Numbered from the whole stretch's first letter, positions 1 to 11,610 are shown. The stretch: 63,733 nucleotides of DNA, filler included, from Chrysochromulina tobinii (GCA_001275005.1; 9 parts of 9 records of this genome joined end to end with filler, not necessarily neighbours in it), one strand, 5' to 3'. The notes: a model not told the origin generated them from the letters alone. Numbers and translations: made by a program.

Positions 1-2
1 AC

Positions 3-3000
3 ACGACAAGGACGGATGCGACGAACGAACTTAGGCTACACGAAGCCATTCGACAGGCACTTGGCGAGCTCAAGAGCGGCGCAGCCACCACACCGGTTGA
101 ATGGGAGTCTCTTCTGCGGAGCACCTTCCAAAACACCAAAACGCCGAGCGCAGAGGTGTGGTGCGTCGGAGGCGGCGACAGTCAGGCAGATGCCATAGGA
201 GGGCGGGTTTTCTGCGACATCGATAGCGCAGAGGAACCACGTGGCGGCGAGGCATCCTGGCTCTGTCGTTTAGACGTCGACGAGCAGGGGTTCCTCGAAG
301 GCTGGATGGAGCGCGCGTGCAGCGTGCGCGCAAAATTCAGGTTCGACGCGGAGGGCTATCTTTGTTTCCGTGACGGCCCGAGGCTTGACCTGCAACAGCT
401 AGCGCAGTTCGACCCGGCGGTGCAGCTCGTGGCGCGTGCGCGGATAGCGCTCAAGGACGTAGACGTCCTTCCTGGTGACGGGATTAAAAGGCAGGAGACG
501 CACGTGCAGCTGGCTGCGCAACGTAATCTATGGGAAAAACTCACAACCTGGTCGGCGAGGATTAAGGCGACACGGATTTATACGCTTGACGGCGGTTGGC
601 GCGAGGTTAAGACGGACGGAGGACGGGTGAAGATTGCTACGAGGGCTGCAATCGACCACGAGGGGCACGTGCTTGGAGGTCGGATATGCGAAGAGGACGT
701 GAACGAGGACAATTATATCGCAGAACTCGCTGCGCAGCTCGACGCGCTCACGGACGCGACTTCACGAGGGCCTGATGAGAGGATCATCATGGTTTTCGAC
801 GCCACGTCGCCGGTGCGGGCGATGCTTCGGTTTGGGCGACTTAGTGCTCGTGCGCGCGGAGATCGGCTCGCCGCGGAGCTGCTCGAGCATTTTGAACGTC
901 TTCGGCGGCGGGTGGCGGCCTTGGTACTCATCTGGCAGACGTCGCACGTGGGCGAGCCGGTCAACGAGTGGGTCGACGTGATGTGCGACAAGTTCGGGGT
1001 GGATGATGATTATCCGATCCCGAGGGGCAAGGTGGAATTTGCCTCTCTCATCTTCCCGGACCACAAGGGCCCGGCGCAGACGTACGCCTTGGATGGTATG
1101 AGTCGCGTCGTCGCGCAACGCTTACGCAACAGAGTGCAGGATACAATTTTGCGCGCTCCTGATGAGCATGTACAGCTTCTTGGGATGACAACGGAGGTGC
1201 AGCAGATTTGCGATGAGATCGCATCAAGACGCTGTCAGTATGTGGATCAGCCGTACGCAGACTTGCGGGTGCGGCGAGTGCTGGCAGCTGAATGGTGCCC
1301 ATTTGGATGCACTGAACACGGCGAGGGGTGGCGCGAAATTCATCCCTCTGCGGTTGCGAGGCGACGGGTGCTGCAGCTTCCAAAGCTCGCGACCCTGGTA
1401 GCGACTACTCTAGGCGCCCGACCTGGTGCAACAGGCCTGATCTCGGCGCAGGATCAGCAGGCTCTGGGCGGGGATACGGTGCAAGCCGGGGACGCGATTG
1501 GATGGCGGGGCAGATGGTTTGCGCGGGCGGAGCGGCCACCCACATGGTGGCATTTCCACTTTGAGTGCACAGGGGCACCTATGTTGGCGGCGCGGAAGTC
1601 CTACGCGCTGGCGGCGGTGGCGGCGCGACGCTGCATGGTAACGTTGCAGAGGGGCCGCGAGCTGGTTCCGCACAGTCAGCTCGACGATCTCATCCTGCTC
1701 ATACATCAAGGTCTGAGAGGCTGGGAGGCGGAAGACGGTGCCACAGGGTCGGTAGCCCAGCGGCAGAGCCTACGGGCTCGCATCCAGCGGAGCGTAACGG
1801 ATGCGTGGGAGACTGAGCTTCTGCGGGCAGGAGCGGCGGGCGCCATTCGAATTTCTGGATCCGGAGCAGACACCAGTGGGCGATGGAGGCTTGCGCTGAC
1901 GGAAATGGTGCTGAGTGGGTGCCAGATGCAGAAACTGGGCAAGGAGCATTGCGCGGAGGGGAGGAGGGCGTTCTGGGGACACCTCGGCGACCTTCGACTT
2001 CTGGGCAAGATCTTTACGGCCTGGAGTCGCGCACTTCTGCACACCACGGCACGCCGGGTGGCGGCGCTGCGGGAACTGCGGACGGCAAGAGAATTTGTCA
2101 CGAGTGTCACGACGGGAGAGAGGAGGCGTCTGCGTAAGGAGGTTGCGACGAGGCTGGCTGAAGTTGACGAGGAACCGGCGGGAAACGCACCAGGCGAGTG
2201 GCTCCGGTTGCGCGCGTGGGTGGCGTGGCGCATGGCGCTGGCACAAGGACTCGGCAGAAGCGGCAGGTGCATCGTCCACGGTGCGGTGCGCGAATCTCTG
2301 TGCGAGCAACTGCTCGAGGCTTCTACTGGGCGACGGCAGGAGATCTCGAGAGCCCGCGAAGGGGTGGCCACGCTGCGTGCGTGGAAGAAATTCGTCTGGC
2401 GGCGATGGCTACGCACGGGCGGGTGGGCTGCGTTTGACCTTTGCCTTCGTAAGGAAGACAGGATCAGGCGAAATCGGGCGCTTGCGGCTCAACGGGATGG
2501 CATGCGCCGATGGGCTCGCAGGGCGGACGGCACCAAGTGGCTCATTCTTACGGAGGCCGAGACGGAGGAGCGATTCGAGCTTTGTCACGAGGGGCTGCGG
2601 GCCCTCCTCGCACTCAAGCAGGTCCTCAGCGCTGGCGAATGGAAGGCGCTTGGAATTCACAATTTGCGACTCGGTCACTTCATTAGGGTCGGACAGTTGT
2701 TCTACGGCCCGGAGGAGAATCCCTCCGGCCACACTTTGAGTGGACACGAGGCGATGGACGTGGGTGAACCTGTGCGACTTGAGATTGAACCAAGATGGGA
2801 TCCACAACGTGGAAAGCGCCGCAGGCAGGAGGTGCAGCGCTCGCGGCGGGAGGTTCGACAGCGTGTCGCCATGGGCCCGGTCGTTGCTGGTCAGGAGGCG
2901 GACGATGGGGGGCGGTGGGCCGTGCGTCGCATCATGGCGGTGCGCCGACACGAGGGACGGCGCGGCCGCCCTCTGGACGTCCTCGTGGAGTGGGAAGGCG

Positions 3001-3236
3001 AAGATTCCGATGGAGATCTCTGGGAGGAATCCTGGGTCAGTGTCACATATCTCTCGAAGGACCTACGTGACGAAGCGAGGAAGCTCGAGAGCGAGTTGTT
3101 CGGGACGCGCGGTGCGCAGGCGCCTAGTCGGCGGGCCGCCCAGCGAGACGGGGCGCGACAGAGACAGGAGAGAGAGAGAGAGACCATGCAATGGAGCTCG
3201 CGACTACGAGAGCGGGCGAGAGGGGCGCTCGTGTAA
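3..3236 (+). CDS. Retrotransposon polyprotein C-terminal part (RNase H ~576-990, chromodomain ~2916-3090); 5'-partial and intronless
   Basis: >1070 uninterrupted codons. The four acidic RNase H catalytic positions (D,E,D,D) and the conserved His are present. Confidence 0.8.
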   Translation, partial: TTRTDATNELRLHEAIRQALGELKSGAATTPVEWESLLRSTFQNTKTPSAEVWCVGGGDSQADAIGGRVFCDIDSAEEPRGGEASWLCRLDVDEQGFLEGWMERACSVRAKFRFDAEGYLCFRDGPRLDLQQLAQFDPAVQLVARARIALKDVDVLPGDGIKRQETHVQLAAQRNLWEKLTTWSARIKATRIYTLDGGWREVKTDGGRVKIATRAAIDHEGHVLGGRICEEDVNEDNYIAELAAQLDALTDATSRGPDERIIMVFDATSPVRAMLRFGRLSARARGDRLAAELLEHFERLRRRVAALVLIWQTSHVGEPVNEWVDVMCDKFGVDDDYPIPRGKVEFASLIFPDHKGPAQTYALDGMSRVVAQRLRNRVQDTILRAPDEHVQLLGMTTEVQQICDEIASRRCQYVDQPYADLRVRRVLAAEWCPFGCTEHGEGWREIHPSAVARRRVLQLPKLATLVATTLGARPGATGLISAQDQQALGGDTVQAGDAIGWRGRWFARAERPPTWWHFHFECTGAPMLAARKSYALAAVAARRCMVTLQRGRELVPHSQLDDLILLIHQGLRGWEAEDGATGSVAQRQSLRARIQRSVTDAWETELLRAGAAGAIRISGSGADTSGRWRLALTEMVLSGCQMQKLGKEHCAEGRRAFWGHLGDLRLLGKIFTAWSRALLHTTARRVAALRELRTAREFVTSVTTGERRRLRKEVATRLAEVDEEPAGNAPGEWLRLRAWVAWRMALAQGLGRSGRCIVHGAVRESLCEQLLEASTGRRQEISRAREGVATLRAWKKFVWRRWLRTGGWAAFDLCLRKEDRIRRNRALAAQRDGMRRWARRADGTKWLILTEAETEERFELCHEGLRALLALKQVLSAGEWKALGIHNLRLGHFIRVGQLFYGPEENPSGHTLSGHEAMDVGEPVRLEIEPRWDPQRGKRRRQEVQRSRREVRQRVAMGPVVAGQEADDGGRWAVRRIMAVRRHEGRRGRPLDVLVEWEGEDSDGDLWEESWVSVTYLSKDLRDEARKLESELFGTRGAQAPSRRAAQRDGARQRQERERETMQWSSRLRERARGALV

Positions 3237-3375
3237 CCCCGCAGCTTTCGAGCCGCAACCGAGAGTTGACTGATGGCTTTCATCAGCTTCAACACTCGCG
3301 TTGTTGAACACCGTACACGCTTAGTATGCCTGGGGGAGACCCCCTCGCCACGTGTACGCTGCCGGTAGGCGTTGG

Positions 3376-3397
3376 TTACTTACTTACTTACTTACTT
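3376..3397 (+). repeat. (TTAC)5TT microsatellite, probable retrotransposon 3' tail
   Basis: ttacttacttacttacttactt seen directly. Confidence 0.8.
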
Positions 3398-4480
3398 CTT
3401 GCGTTCACGTGGTCGCGACGCAGGTCGCTGGTCGGGGGTAACCCCTGTGTGAGTGTGCGAATACGCCGGAGGGGGGTGCGCGTGTGCGCCTCGTGTACGT
3501 GTACATGTTCGGTATTTATACCACCACCCATGACCACCACCACACCTTGCTACCGGCACTCGCGTTTTAATCCGCGTCCGGTCCTCGCACCTCCGGTAGC
3601 CGAAACCTCAAGCTCAACGAAAAAGGACGTGGCGAGCATCCGTTCTCTCCGCTCAGAGTTTGCTCAGAGTCTCTCCTCGAGCTGCTGCTCAGCTGCTATA
3701 AGCACGGTCGGCGCCAAGCGGCGCGACTATGCACACTGACACCGCACAAAGCATGCTCGATGCTCCGCTTTTCGCCTAGCTTAGCTCAGATCGTCAACTG
3801 CTCAACTCCCCACGCAGGCGCCAGGAGCGAGGAGGAGGGCGGGGCAGGGTGCGTCGTGTCCGGTGGCCACTCTCCACGCGTCACCGGCGTCAGCGGTCTT
3901 CGGCTTGTCAAAAGCGCCTGGTCACAGCTTCCGACAGGGTCGCGGGCACGCGGCTCATGCACATCTTCACGCAGCAGCCCACCTCCGCTTCAGTGCGTCG
4001 CGCCATCGCCACGCCTTTTCAGGTCACGCCATACCGGCTCGGCACGATGCCCAACGCAAGACTCCCCCACCGGGCGTACCTCGGGCACCGGGCGCGGCCG
4101 CCTCTACATCCTCTCGCTCACGCCACCTCCCCGATGCCGCCCGCAGGGGGCCTCGAGCACGTACATGTCCGCCCAGCGGCCCGTGTCTTCATAGCATGCT
4201 TGCCATCAGCCACCCACCACCCGCCATACCCGCTGGAGACGGCGTCCCTCACGTAGTCGAGGCACCGCGCTGTACCGGGCGCTATTTGGAGCGGAGACGC
4301 GCCCCTCACGTAGTCGAGCGGCCGCCCGGCGCGACGCTCTTCACGCACCGACGCTCTTCACGCACCGACGCTCCATCCGCCGCTGTCGCCTACAGCTCGG
4401 TGCGCTCCTCTTCGGCTCCAGCCAGCGCTCACGACAGCGCACCTTCTTTTCGTACCGCCTCGTCGGCCGAGGGAGCGGCC

Positions 4481-6734
4481 TCAGAAGCCGGCGGTGAGCA
4501 CCGCGGGCGTTGTAGCGGGCACCGCGGGGCGGGCGGCGGCCCTGTCACGCGTCTGGAGAGCGGGCTCCTTCGGCTTGGTGAGAGGGCGCGTCAGCTGCTT
4601 GGTCACCACAAACGGCGCGCCCTTCATCACCGGCCGCGCCTTGTGAACGAGCGCCTTCTTGAGCTCCACGAGCGCCGCTGCCTCCTCGACGGCCTTCTGC
4701 TGCGCCGTCACGGCGACCTCGGCCTCCTTCTGCGCACGACGCGCCGCCAGCTGCGCCTCGAACTCCTTGCGGCGCTCGAAGCGGTTCTCCGTGCGCTGGA
4801 ACTTGGCAGCCGAGAGCGAGGTGAGCGGCTTGGTCGACTTGTGCGGCTCAAAGGGCGGCACGGAGAGCACCGTTGGTTTGGTCGCCTTGAACTCACGATC
4901 CTTCGCCGCCTGACGCTCCTCCTCTTGCCGCTTGGCCTCAAAGGCGCTCGAAGCCACCTCATGCCGTGCGTCCGTCGTGAGGCTAAAGGGCGCCGGCGCC
5001 GTATGCTTCGACTCCACGGTCGGCTTCCACGCCTCGGGCACGACGAGCATCTTGCGCGCCTTGAAGACACGCGCGGCCGCCTCCGCCTTGGCCTGCTCCT
5101 CGTGTCGGTGCTTCTGTGTCTGCTCGGCCATCTCGTGCCGCGCGACCGACTCGAGCTCAAACGGCTTGGGCATCGTCACCGGTCGCGTGGCCACCTGCTT
5201 CGCGGGCGAAGCCTTCGAGTGATCGGGCATCGGGCGCGCCTTGAATGCCTCGAACGTGGGCTCGACTGCGGCGGGCGCCTCGCGCGCGCGCAGGCTCGTG
5301 TTGAGCTTGGGCGAGATGGGTTTCGTAATCTTGCGCGGCGTCACAATCGCGAGCCCCGCCGCCTTGCCGGCCAAGAGCTTCTTGTTGACCGGTTTCGCCT
5401 TGAAACCAGGGTACGCGGGCGCCGACTGCGTCGAGCCCGCGTCTGAGCGCTCATCATCGTCCTTCGTCGCAGAGCGTCGGCGTTGCGACGAGGGAAGGTT
5501 AGTCGTCGCAAGGTTGAAGACGGCGAACTCGGTCGTCTTGCGCGGCTCGACGCGCTTGACGCCGAGATCGCCTGCCGACTCGAGGACGCGGCGGTCGACG
5601 GGACGCGCCTTGAAGGCAGGGATGCTCTTGAGGAGCTCTTCCTCGATCTCTGCGCTTGACTTGGGCTTGGGTTTACTAGCTGCGCGAAGCTCCGACATCA
5701 GCGTCGGCGCCACGGGCACCGTCTGCGTGAGCGAGGCCGGCGTAGGCACCTCGGGCGTGGCATCTGCCGGTTTGGAGCGGAAGCGCTGCGGCGTCTTGGT
5801 GAACTCCTTCACTTTCTCCATCATCGGCTTCTGTTCGGCATCGACGACGACCTCTAAGCTCTTGTTGCTCGCGTGCAGCTTGAACGGCTCGGGCATCGTC
5901 AGCTGCTTGCCCGAGCGTACCGGCATCGGAGGTCCCCCGTCGGCGAACGCCTTGGGCAGCTGCGCCGCCGCCTTCTCGCGCGCCTCCTTGTCGCGCTTGA
6001 GCTTCTCGAGCGCCGCGGCGATTTGGCGCTCGTCCGTCGTCGCCTTCGAGCCCTTGTCGGGCCGCGCCACTGTTGCCGTCATGAGGGTCGGCGGCACCGG
6101 TTTCGTCGGCTCACGCTTCGCCGCGGGTGCGGCCGGCGCGGCCGGCTTGGGCACGGCCACCGCCGCCGCCGATGCCTTGGTCGTCTTGTTGGCGACTGCG
6201 GGCACCGTGTCTGCAAGCAACGCGGGCTCAGGTGCGGGCACTGGCGCGGGTGCCGACTTCTGAGCCTCCGAAGCTTTGGTCATCTTGTTGGCGACCACTG
6301 GCACGGCGGCGCGGCTTGGCTTGACCGTCTTAGCCGACGAGGGCTGCTCGATGGCCGGCGCGGCGGGGGTGCTGGTCATCACAGGCGTCACATTGAACAC
6401 GGGGGTTGGTGGTGCGGGCGTGGGCGGCAGTGATGCCTCCGCAGGCGGCGGAGGCGGTTGCGGTGGCGGAGGTTGCGGCGGCGCAGCGACTGATCCGGGG
6501 GTCGGTACCGTCTCGCGCGCGTTCATGTCTGTGCAGAACGAGAGGCAGCCGCGATGCGATAGTCAGATGGGGGGATCGAGATCTTTGAGAGACCATGGCG
6601 AGGCCGCACGCACTGAACCAGTTGGTCGCGCCGGGCGACATCGCGGAGGCAGTCTGCTTCTCCTTGGTCAGGTCGGCGAAGCGCGGCGCGTCGAAGTTGT
6701 ACTGCTCCGATCGCACCTTTTTGGTCGCCGACAT
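4481..6734 (-). CDS. TPX2: TPX2-family spindle assembly factor; two exons (6734-6614, 6528-4481), intron 6529-6613
   Basis: Repeated FKARP/FKAKP and T.P.PF.L motifs plus C-terminal LVHKARPV...PLTKPKEPAL. The upstream exon encodes YNFDAPRFADL...NWF, like the TPX2 Aurora-A-binding motif. A GTGCGT...CACAG intron joins the exons in frame. Confidence 0.85.
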
Positions 6735-7137
6735 GGTTCCGACGGCCGGTGGCCTGGCGCGAGAAAGCCTCAAGTGCTGTGAAGGCAAGCAACTGTGGGG
6801 TCATGTGGGGTCAAGCAACTCCCCACGTTCTTCCCTAAAATTCTTTGCATACGGACTTGACTTAAACATCGGACAGTGTGGAGTGTGAGTGTCTTTTTTC
6901 GAGTTAAAACGGTTTCACCTCAGACGTCAATTGGAATTGCTCAGAATTCAACTCAGAATCTCAGATCAGTCACACTTACTCACTCAATTGTACTCACTCC
7001 GCCACTCTCTCCCCCCGTCGCGTGACCCCCTGGCGCCTTGATCGCGTCCTTTCGAGTCCACTAGTAATAAACCCGGGCGGATACGTTGTATCCGGAGCGC
7101 TCTGCACCTCTCTGCTCACGGTTGTACTAGGGGCATG

Positions 7138-7986
7138 CTATCGGGTCGGGCTGTTTTTGGCCCGCACCGTGGACGCGTCCGAGCGAGCATCCGAAGGCGA
7201 GCGTACGTGGTTCATGACTCGCTCGACCTTCTCAGGACCGGCAAGACCGATGAGGGCCGCGTCGAAGGCTGCTTTCGAGAGCTGGCCGCCATCGACGCGT
7301 GCCATGCCCTCGCGGAGCCGATCGCACGGGCGATCGACGCGCTTGCCAAGCGCCTTGTCGCGGAGCAGCTCGTCGAGCAGCTGCTTCCGCTCGCTCTCGT
7401 CCAGCAGTGACAGCTCAACTGTCACCCGCGCCGCTGCCGTCGCGTCCGCAGGGCTGCTGTTACCGGCAGGTACGACACCGCCGGCTACGGACGCGCCGCT
7501 GACGCCCGCGACAGCGCCTGTGCCGGCGCCAGCGCCTGTGCCGGCACCAGCGCCTCCAGCGCTGCCGCCGCCGCCCGCAATAGAGGCCCGCGTGCGCGCG
7601 GCATACGTAGGTGATGGCGGCGGCTCGGGGGCTTCGAGGCGTGGCTCGGGCGCCTCGTGTGCACCGCCAGAGCGCTGTATCGAGCGGCCGTTGGGCGACC
7701 AGCCCTCATCGAACGCGTCCTCGTGGGCGTCGTGCAGAGTCCCCTGCCTCCCCTGCCCCTCGTGCAACGAGCGAGAGAGAGCCATTGCCAACTGAAGGTC
7801 GTCATCCTCCTGAGAGGCATGCGGCGGCATTCGTGACGAGCAACTCGCGCCATTGTGAGCAGCACGGGCCTCGTCCACCGCCCCACCGGAGGCGCCCTTG
7901 GCCGCGCCGCCCTTGCCGGCCGCCCCACCCTTGTCGCGCGCACCCGCCGCCTTGGCCACCGCCTTGGACGGTGACGACGACGGTGA

Positions 7987-8024
<38 letters not shown>

Positions 8025-8520
8025 GCGACTGCGGCTGCGGCTGCTGCTGCTGCTTGCGCCGTTGCTTGCTGCTCCCCTTGCTCTTCGGCGAGCGGTCCGG
8101 CACGACTTGCCACTCACCGTCGTCGGCCACAGTATCCTCCGCCTCCTCCGACCTCACGCTCAGCCGCTCCAGGAGCGCGACTGCACTGCTGGAGGCTGCG
8201 CTGCTGGAGGCCGCGAGGCGTTCGGGCGTGTTCATCGGCGGTGCGTCCGCCTGCTTCTTGACCTTCTTGGCCTTTTTGTGCTTGGCGCCGTCCGCCTTCG
8301 CCTTGACCTTGCCATCCACTGGCCGCCGCAGGTACCACACCCCTGCAGTGCCCATAACAACGGTGGACACAACAAGTCCGACTTGCCAAGGCCGGAAGGC
8401 CTCGTCCCATGGCAGCGCGAGCGGCCACGGCAACGACACGAGCCCCCTCGCTCCCGTTCTGAATGCCTCGATGCTTCCGCTCGGTGACGTTTCGACGCTG
8501 CCGAGACCGCCGACTTGCAT
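7138..8520 (-). CDS. Uncharacterised single-pass membrane protein with a ubiquitin-interacting motif (UIM)
   Basis: 460-aa ORF with hydrophobic VGLVVSTVVMGTAGVWYL followed by a Lys-rich stretch, UIM-like EDDDLQLAMALSRSL and SP/Q low-complexity runs. Confidence 0.6.
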
Positions 8521-8722
8521 CAGGGGAGCGGTCCTGATTTAGAAAGGGTCTGGAAGCACCTTCGCTTGAGGTAGTCCACAAACTAGTCCACACCAAAGTT
8601 TGGCGAAGAACCGTTTCGGTTCGTGGGTTGTTCCGAGCTCGGGAGAGGTGTGACTTCACGGGAGTGTGTCGTGTGTATGGAATCTCGCCGCTGCTCCGCC
8701 CAGGAGGTTCTTTCCGACTCAG

Positions 8723-9258
8723 ATGCCTGACGAGGGCAGCCCTGCTGCGGCTGAGCCGACCCAGGACTCCAAGGGTCGAGCGTTCATGTGCGCGCACAAC
8801 ACACGTTTCGACCACGCACGGACAGCACTGGCGCTGGCGTGCGAGGCAATTGTCGACTGCGTGCGCTGACTGCCTCACTCTGCCTGCTCTGCCGTCGCAG
8901 CTCGATGGCCAAGCTTGCCGAGCACAGCAAGCGCGATTCCGTCTGGATGACCATCCATGGCAAGGTGTACGACGTCACCAAATACCTGGATGACCACCCT
9001 GGCGGCGAGGAGGTGCTTCTGGACCGCGCTGGCAAGGACGCCACGGAGGACTATGAGGATGTGGGCCACTCGAACGAGGCCCGCAAGGCCCTCCTTCCGC
9101 TCGAGATCGGCGAGATTTCGCCTTCAGAACAGAAGGCGTCGGGGAAGGCGAGCAAAGCCGGCGGCGGCGGTGGCGGCGGCGGGCTCGCGATGGCGATTCC
9201 GGTGTTGCTCGTGGCCCTCGGCGCCGGCTACTATTTCTACACCAACAACATGGCGTAA
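8723..9258 (+). CDS. CYB5: Cytochrome b5, tail-anchored; exons 8723-8787 and 8901-9258, intron 8788-8900
   Basis: WMTIHGKVYDVTKYLDDHPGG and EDVGHS heme motifs plus a C-terminal TM helix. The GTGCGC...CGCAG intron gives in-frame RAFISMAKLAEH. Confidence 0.92.
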
Positions 9259-9585
9259 TTTCCATGGATTTCGCTATGTAATGTCCCCTCAGATCACGCC
9301 TCGCGGCGCGTGGCTCAGCTGGTCAGGTGGGCCTAACCACGGCGCGCGACGAGAGAGAGCGGCAGGGCGTAGTCGTGCATAAAAGGCGTCCGAGCACAGT
9401 GCCTGCCGGCCAGAGAGGTGTCTGGAAATGGACACGGCATTTTTGTTCTCCCCAGTGCATACAGGATATAAGTACAGTCTGAGCAAACTCGAAGGGGGGA
9501 TCCGCATGCATGGCTCGTGCCGGTTCGGATCCCTTATCGTTCACTTCACACCTGCCGGTACTTCACATGTGAACTCCCTCACGTC

Positions 9586-11392
9586 ATGTTTCCGATGTTT
9601 ATGCTGCTGCTCAACACGTGCGTGGCGGCGGTCGTGTTTCGTAGCGCCACGATCCAGCGCATGGGTGTGAGTCGTAGCACCCCGCGCATGGCCGAACTCG
9701 CCTTCGGAGCGCCAGCGAACAGTGTTTGGAATGACGAAATCCGGCAGTCGTGGAGCCGTGCGTATTCATCGTACGCTGGTGGCACGACCAACTACGAGAT
9801 CACTGATGTTGAGGGTGTGATACCAGCTACCCTTCGTGGCACCGTGTTTCGCAACGGTCCGGGCAATTTTGAGCGTGGTGGCCGCCGCTTCAAACACGTC
9901 CTCGATGGCGATGGCCTGATCTGCCGCATTGCCATCGATGGCTCCACTGGGCGGGCCTCATTTGCATCCAAGTTTGTGCTGACGCCCTCTTATGTGGCTG
10001 AGGAGCAGGCCGACGACGTGCTCTTTCGCAACACATTTGGCACGCAGCCCGACAGTCTCCAACGTGTTCAATCTCAAGCTGAAGAACCCTGCGAACACTA
10101 ATGTGCAGATGTGGGGCGGCAAGCTGCTCGCGTTATGGGAGGCGGCACTGCCCGTGCGCCTCGACCCACACACGCTGGACTATATGAGCAAGGAGACATT
10201 TGATGGCGCGCTGCCCGACGGGTGGGCCACTGTCACCTCCGGCGCCGAGGCCATTGACCGCGGCCTCGGCCTCGGCGTGGCGTTCACGGCACACCCGCGT
10301 GAGGACCGCAAGCGCGGGCGGATGGTAGGGTGGTCATGGGCGGCCTCGGTGGGGCGCGAGGAGCTGGCGGCCACTCTGTACGAGATGGACACGATCAGTG
10401 GTAAGATTCTAGCCACAACGCCCGTCAAACTGCCCGCGGCCGTCGCGCCACACGACTTCGCCATCACCGACAACTACTACATTTTCGTACTCAACGGCAT
10501 GGAACTCAACCTGGCGCCGTACATCCTCGGCCTCACTGGTCCTGTAGGCGCGCTCCTCACAACGGGCCAGGGCGTTCGGCTCTACATCGTGCCGCGACCG
10601 GGCGGAGCGGCCGACGGGCGCAAGCCCGTCGCCGTCTCGACGGCCGACCCGTATTTTTGTATCCACCATGCGAATGCGTTCGAGGAACTGCCTGTCGCGG
10701 CGGGCGCTGCGCCACTGATCAGACTGTACACGGCGGCTTGGCCCTCGGTGGGGCGTGGCCCTTTCCTGGGGGACTGGGGCGGCGAAGTCCCCTTGTATGA
10801 CGACGGCAAGATTGCTCCCACCATGCTGCTGCAGTCGACGATTCGACTTTTCCCCGACGGGGCTAGCGTCGAGCGATCCATCGTGGCCGGCAAGGCGTGC
10901 ATTGACCACCCGCACGTCGACCCGCGCTTTGAGGGCGACGCTCGCTGCCGCTACCTGTACATGTCCTATTGCAACGACCTCGACAGTGAGGGCCAGCCGG
11001 GTGCCTCGGTGAGTGGCTCGCCGCCGATTGGCTACGCACGCTGGGACCGGCACACGGACGAAACAATCGTGTGGCGCGCGCCGCCCAACACGTTCTGCGA
11101 GGAGGTGGTTGTCATTCCCAGGCCGAGGGGCGGCAATGGCGGCAGCAGCAGCGGCGCTAGCGCCAGCAGCGCTAGCGGTGTTGGCAGCACGAGCGATGCC
11201 ATTCCCAGCAGTGACGAAGCGGACGTGTGGATCGCTGCGATGATGTTCGACGCGACCCGCGGCCAATCTTGCCTTGCGATCCTGGACGGCGATCGCATCG
11301 AGGATGGGCCGGTCTGCCAGCTGTGGCTCCAGCACCACGTGCCGCACGGTCTCCACGGCTGCTTCACCGAGCAGGTGTTCGGTCTCGATTGA
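9586..11392 (+). CDS. Carotenoid cleavage oxygenase (RPE65/ACO/CCD family), probably plastid-targeted; frameshift at ~10060
   Basis: ORF 9517..10101 has EGVIPATLRGTVFRNGPG and HVLDGDG. ORF 9992..11392 continues with LKNPANTNV and LALWEAALP and keeps four Fe-ligand His (TAHP, PHDF, IHHAN, GLHG). No intron bridges the two frames. Confidence 0.85.
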
Positions 11393-11610
11393 TCCCTAAC
11401 AGCTAAAACATGAAGGAACCGTCTCAGGTGGGTCTAAACACTAAGGTACCGGTAGGTCCCTCAACGCACTAAGTCGCTCGACGTTGCATAGTCCCTCAAC
11501 GTCGTTCTCGTGTTTTCTACTGAAGGGCGAGAGCCTCGGTCGAGCGCGGACGCTCACGCGAGCGCGCGATCGGGAGATCGCGACCTCGTGAGAGAGGCCT
11601 CCGACCCAGG

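Larger units (their letters stand above)
3..3397 (+). mobile_element. 3' portion of a non-LTR (LINE-like) retrotransposon: RNase H, CCHC-like zinc finger, chromodomain, 3' UTR and (TTAC)n tail; 5' end cut by the window edge
   Basis: The frame of ORF 156..3236 is open from position 3. RNase H motifs are IYTLDGG, YIAELAA, VFDATS and WQTSHVGEPVNEWVD. Zinc-finger halves are CPFGC and TWWHFHFEC. The chromodomain reads WAVRRIMAVR...VLVEWEG...EESWV. A (TTAC)5TT run lies 140 nt after the stop. The RT domain is not in the window. Confidence 0.75.

Noticed and set aside
3376..3397. (TTAC)n as a telomeric repeat
   Set aside because: Only 22 nt, internal, lacking the G/C runs of telomere repeats, and better explained as a retrotransposon tail.
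4234..4378. Short duplications (ccctcacgtagtcgag x2; cgacgctcttcacgcac x2-3) downstream of TPX2
   Set aside because: Local low-copy duplications with no termini, splice signals or coding support.
3863..5446. 527-aa plus-strand ORF and many other long overlapping ORFs (e.g. 38685..39830, 28821..29843, 60661..61413)
   Set aside because: Antisense or alternate-frame shadows of GC3-rich genes, with Arg/Leu/Gly-biased composition and no motifs.
10050..10065. Programmed ribosomal frameshift in the carotenoid oxygenase
   Set aside because: No slippery heptamer is seen. Similar small indels at ~13593, ~26986 and ~55800 point to assembly error or decay.
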